Positions 23,572 to 26,854 of a stretch of 26,854 bases of DNA are shown one piece after another. Origin of the DNA: Candidatus Altimarinota bacterium (GTDB lineage Bacteria; Patescibacteriota; Gracilibacteria; UBA1369); assembly GCA_041659405.1 (NCBI GenBank), contig JBAZYK010000015.1:1-26854 (forward strand). Direction: 5' to 3'. How positions within the stretch are numbered: the first letter of the stretch is position 1; the number at the start of each line of letters is the position of its first letter. The position numbers and the translations under genes were made by a program. The notes beneath the pieces were generated by a model. That model had not been told where the DNA came from. It ran no database searches and was given only the letters and a program-made list of their open reading frames with translations.

Positions 23572-24072
23572 ATGCCTTCAAAAAAATCCAACCAGAAAAT
23601 GTCTTTCAAGCATCTTGGCCATTCAACAGCTAAAAACGATTTTAACTTCACCCAACCCGAACCAAAAGTTTTGGAAAAGTTTGAAAATCAGCATCCGGAC
23701 AGTCTTTATGTCGTGAACCTTTTGTGCAACGAATTCACATCGCTCTGCCCAATTACCGGCCAGCCCGACTGGGCGACCATCACAATTCGTTATGTGCCAA
23801 ACAAACTTTGCGTGGAAAGCAAAAGTCTAAAACTTTATTTATTCAGTTTCAGAAATCACGGTGAATTTCATGAAGATGTCATTAATCGCATGACTAAGGA
23901 CTTATTCGCTCTGATGAATCCGCATTATCTGCAAATTTACGGAAAATTTCACGCCCGCGGCGGCATTGCCATTCACCCTTTTGTGGAAAAATGGAACAAA
24001 ATAAATCCGCAAGCCAAAGCCGAAATTCGCGAACTGCTAAAAAACAATCCCCAACTGGAAGCGCAATTTTAA
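23572..24072 (+). CDS. queF: NADPH-dependent 7-cyano-7-deazaguanine reductase QueF (unimodular type)
   Basis: [22 protein letters not shown] and [20 protein letters not shown] are QueF signature blocks. An alternative start is ATG 23599. Confidence 0.9.
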   Translation: MPSKKSNQKMSFKHLGHSTAKNDFNFTQPEPKVLEKFENQHPDSLYVVNLLCNEFTSLCPITGQPDWATITIRYVPNKLCVESKSLKLYLFSFRNHGEFHEDVINRMTKDLFALMNPHYLQIYGKFHARGGIAIHPFVEKWNKINPQAKAEIRELLKNNPQLEAQF

Positions 24073-24090
24073 TCATCTTAAAATTATTGC

Positions 24091-24627
24091 ATGGCAGACG
24101 AACTCATTGATCTTGTAGACGAAAAAAACGAACTGACCGGAGAGCAAAAAACCTGGAGCGAAGTGCATAACAAAGCCCTTTTACATCGTTCAGTCCATAT
24201 TTGGATATACAACTCAAAAGGCGAAGTTCTGCTCCAATTAAGATCAGAAGAAAAATACACTTTTCCTAATCTTTGGGATATTTCCTGCGCTGGACACGTT
24301 GACTTAAATGAAGATCCCAAAACATCAGCCTTAAGAGAATTAAAAGAAGAACTGGGCCTAACGGTAGATCCACAAAATTTAAAATTCAGAAATATCGAAC
24401 GAGAACAAAAATCATCCGGCAAATTTAAGGAAAACGAATTTTGTTATGTCTACCTGCTTAAATTTGATGGAGCAGCAAGCGATTTGGTTTTGCAAAAAGA
24501 AGAGGTTCAGCAGGTCCAATTTCTAACTCCACAGCAAATCGAAAAAGAACTTAAAATAAATCCAACAAATTACGCACCTCACAATTATTGGCCAGAAATT
24601 TTGGAAGAAATACAAAATGCCTCATAA
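24091..24627 (+). CDS. NUDIX hydrolase (IDI-like subfamily)
   Basis: LLHRSVHIWIYNSKGEVLLQLRSEEKYTFPNLWDISCAGHVDLNEDPKTSALRELKEELGL contains a Nudix box-like REL.EELG. Confidence 0.8.
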   Translation: MADELIDLVDEKNELTGEQKTWSEVHNKALLHRSVHIWIYNSKGEVLLQLRSEEKYTFPNLWDISCAGHVDLNEDPKTSALRELKEELGLTVDPQNLKFRNIEREQKSSGKFKENEFCYVYLLKFDGAASDLVLQKEEVQQVQFLTPQQIEKELKINPTNYAPHNYWPEILEEIQNAS

Positions 24628-24690
24628 ACGCACGCGCAACCAATGAAACTTTGCACATCCACTGTCATCAAACTTTTCTAAAATAAAATC

Positions 24691-25278
24691 ATGAATCTCA
24701 CTTTCGTTATCGGCCTTCTCGGCTCACTAATCCTTGTACTTGGCGCTGCCTGGCCCGAGCCAAAGCATCCCAAACATCCGGTTCAATCTTTAAAAAATTG
24801 GCTATTTGCAGTTGGCGGCGTAGTGATGATGTTTTACGCCATTCTTGGCTATCTGCAGGGAAGTTCCATCTTCTTTGTGTTCATGCAGCTGCTGATTTTT
24901 GTTTCAACGGTTTTGATGATGTTGCACGTGGACGACCGCATCGATTCAGTCATTCTTGGCATCAGCGCGACAATTATCATCATTTGGTCTCTTTATCTTT
25001 TTCAAGGATATACCACAATTATTTTTATCCTCGGCCTGCTTGGAATCAGTCTTGGTTATGCCTTTGATATGGGCACATTAAGGCGCGATCTGGCCTTAAC
25101 CATCGGCAGTCTTTTGATTGCTTATTTCAGTTATGTTGAAGCAAACTGGATTTTCTTCTGGCTGAATTTATTTTTCGCGATCTTTTCCGGATTTTATCTT
25201 TTGAAAAGGACCACACGCGAACAACACAAGCAAACCACCCACCTTCGAGCTACTTCAAAATCTAAAAAACATCAATAA
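24691..25278 (+). CDS. membrane protein, hypothetical (about 6 TM)
   Basis: 195 aa. Hydrophobic throughout, with a basic C-terminal tail. Confidence 0.6.
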   Translation: MNLTFVIGLLGSLILVLGAAWPEPKHPKHPVQSLKNWLFAVGGVVMMFYAILGYLQGSSIFFVFMQLLIFVSTVLMMLHVDDRIDSVILGISATIIIIWSLYLFQGYTTIIFILGLLGISLGYAFDMGTLRRDLALTIGSLLIAYFSYVEANWIFFWLNLFFAIFSGFYLLKRTTREQHKQTTHLRATSKSKKHQ

Positions 25279-25289
25279 TTTTCATAATT

Positions 25290-25712
25290 ATGTTCTACAA
25301 AAAATTCGATTCAAAATACGTAATCCGTCTGGAAAAAGGTGAAGAAATTGTCGCCTCACTCAAAAAATTCTGCACAGAAAATGGCATAAAAGCAGGATCA
25401 GTCCAGGGAATCGGCGCCAGCAACGATTTATCAATCGGATTCTTTAAAACCGCCGAAAAAAAATTCTATCCACGAGAATTTAAAGGTGATTTTGAAATCA
25501 CTTCGTTAATGGGGAACATCAGCACTTTTAATGATGAGCCCGTTTTGCATCTTCACATCAACATTGCCGACAGCGACAATAACGTCCACGGCGGCCACCT
25601 GAACAGCGCTGTCATAAGCGTAACCTTTGAAATTATCCTTGATCCGATCAACACCGAAATCAAACGCGTTCCAAACCAGGAAGTCGGCCTAAATCTAATG
25701 GATTTGGGGTAA
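25290..25712 (+). CDS. PPC/DUF296 domain protein (PCC-type putative DNA-binding)
   Basis: YVIRLEKGEEIVASLKKFCTENGIKAGSVQGIGA...LHLHINIADSDNNVHGGHL fits the DUF296/PPC pattern. Confidence 0.7.
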   Translation: MFYKKFDSKYVIRLEKGEEIVASLKKFCTENGIKAGSVQGIGASNDLSIGFFKTAEKKFYPREFKGDFEITSLMGNISTFNDEPVLHLHINIADSDNNVHGGHLNSAVISVTFEIILDPINTEIKRVPNQEVGLNLMDLG

Positions 25713-25829
25713 AATTACCGCAGCAGGCAGAGCAAATTACCCCCTCAAGCCCAAACGCAGCCCTTAGTTCGTTTACACGGACGCCTTTTTGTGCTACAAT
25801 ACTATAATAAATTTAAAACAAACACAAAT

Positions 25830-26141
25830 ATGGACAGTTGGGAAATAGTGGGGATTACAGCATCAGTGCTCAGCTCACTAACACTCATTCCGGAAGTTAG
25901 AAACGCAATCATCAGCAAACACATGAAAGATGTGGCCTGGGGCATGCTCTTTTTGTTATTTGGAGCGTCCTGTTGTTGGCTCACCTACGGAATTATGTTT
26001 GGCGGACACATCCCCCTTATACTTGCCCCATCGATCAACATAACCATGGAAATAACTTTGATGATTTTAAAAAGAAAATACGATCGCCAGCAAGAACTTG
26101 AATTAAAAAATTCCTTAGCCCCCGCAGAATATGAAAGCTGA
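25830..26141 (+). CDS. SemiSWEET (PQ-loop/MtN3 family, 3-TM) transporter, paralog 1
   Basis: MDSWEIVGITASVLSSLTLIPEVRNAIISKHMKDVAWGMLFLLFGASCCWLTYGI.. parallels bacterial SemiSWEETs, with PE in place of the PQ motif. ATG 25830 is preferred over GTG 25791. Confidence 0.75.
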   Translation: MDSWEIVGITASVLSSLTLIPEVRNAIISKHMKDVAWGMLFLLFGASCCWLTYGIMFGGHIPLILAPSINITMEITLMILKRKYDRQQELELKNSLAPAEYES

Positions 26142-26463
26142 AATAATTGGATATCTCGGCGCACTATTGGGCTCGATTTCATTAATACCTGAAATCAAAA
26201 AAGCTCTCCATACACATCATCTAAAAGATGTATCTTCTTTGATGTTGTATTTTCTGGCAGCTGGCAGCGTTTTTTGGATTGCCTACGGCATCCACATTAA
26301 TTCTTATCCGAATATTATCAGCGATAGTGTGAATTTGTTTGCATCCAGTACGCTTATTTGGCTCAAAATGCATTACGAAGAACATGGACATCCGCTTATA
26401 ACCGCAGAAAAAGCACCCAAAGAGCCAAACGCAGCCTTGGGGAATTTAGAAGTAGGACGATAA
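26131..26463 (+). CDS. SemiSWEET (PQ-loop/MtN3 family, 3-TM) transporter, paralog 2
   Basis: MKAEIIGYLGALLGSISLIPEIKKALHTHHLKDVSSLMLYFLAAGSVFWIAYGI.. has the same architecture. Overlaps paralog 1 by 11 nt. Confidence 0.75.
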   Translation: MKAEIIGYLGALLGSISLIPEIKKALHTHHLKDVSSLMLYFLAAGSVFWIAYGIHINSYPNIISDSVNLFASSTLIWLKMHYEEHGHPLITAEKAPKEPNAALGNLEVGR

Positions 26464-26568
26464 AAATTACGAATTAAAAGTAAAAATCCCCGCTCAAAAT
26501 TTTGGGCAAATTTTAAATATTCATTTGCCGATAACAAAAAGCCGAACTATCATGTGCAAGCTTAAAGG

Positions 26569-26658
26569 GGAGAGATGGCCGAGTGGTTGAAGGCGCTACT
26601 CTCGAAAAGTAGTAAGGGGGCAACCTCTTCGTGGGTTCAAATCCCACTCTCTCCGCCA
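26569..26658 (+). tRNA. tRNA-Ser (anticodon CGA), CCA encoded
   Basis: Acceptor GGAGAGA/TCTCTCC. D-arm GCCG..AGTGGTTGAA. Anticodon arm CTACT-CTCGAAA-AGTAG. Long variable arm. T-arm GTGGG-TTCAAAT-CCCAC. Ends G-CCA. Confidence 0.9.
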
Positions 26659-26766
26659 AGGCGTGCGCCTAAACCCGCAAATTTTCACTCCCATATGGGA
26701 ACTGAAACTATGTATTACTTGGAGTTTTAAAGTGGTTCCCTTTGTCCAGACAGTTTTTTGAGATTT

Positions 26767-26854
26767 TTAAGAGAGATTTTGGAAATAAATTTGGGCTGGG
26801 GTTTTGTAGTTGAGTGACTGGTGAGGACGAACATTGTTGTAGAAATGAAAGTAA
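26767..26854 (-). CDS. transposase C-terminal end (rve/DDE integrase-core type), partial, runs off the window
   Basis: The minus-strand frame reads ..YFHFYNNVRPHQSLNYKTPAQIYFQNLS* (stop 26769-26767). YN..RPH.SL....TP is the conserved C-terminal block of IS3/IS481-type rve transposases. Confidence 0.6.
   Translation of the reverse strand, partial: YFHFYNNVRPHQSLNYKTPAQIYFQNLS

Noticed and set aside
1-26854. CRISPR array or rRNA genes
   Set aside because: No regularly spaced identical direct repeats with unique spacers were seen, and no rRNA-like conserved blocks. The only repeat family is the cassette-boundary repeat, which has gene-sized intervals.

Overview
AT-rich, tightly packed window of mostly short genes. 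It looks like a small-genome uncultivated bacterium, possibly CPR/Patescibacteria-like, but that is inference from gene content and cannot be tested here. There are three parts. (1) From 1 to about 3900, small ORFs, all co-oriented except one large minus-strand gene, are separated by related 40-115 bp repeats. Each repeat has a left module (..YAAC-AGCGCCCAAC-CGGTTCG..) and a right module (..GCGCGAAC|GTTrrry). The ORFs include an intact hicB-hicA pair, a decayed hicB-hicA pair, an SLH-domain protein and a tiny membrane protein. This reads as an integron-like cassette array, but no integrase is in the window. (2) At 7586-14908 there is a six-gene operon related to group-4 membrane-bound [NiFe]-hydrogenase / complex I. 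It has NuoB/HycG-like, HyfB/NuoL-like, HycD/NuoH-like, HyfE-like, HyfF/NuoN-like and HycE/NuoCD-like subunits. All four NiFe-ligating cysteines of the large subunit and three of the four Fe-S cysteines of the small subunit are substituted, and no ferredoxin-type subunit is encoded. The membrane-arm motifs look intact. A 569-aa cysteine-rich protein with internal duplication follows. (3) The rest is housekeeping or accessory: SanA/DUF218, peptidase U32, DoxX-DsbB-DsbA, ldh, queE-queC-queF, Nudix, a PPC/DUF296 protein, two overlapping SemiSWEET genes, tRNA-Ser(CGA), and the C-terminal end of an rve-type transposase running off the right edge. A non-canonical tRNA-like element sits at about 16.85-16.93 kb, and a 16-bp perfect inverted repeat overlaps it. 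No CRISPR array or rRNA was seen.
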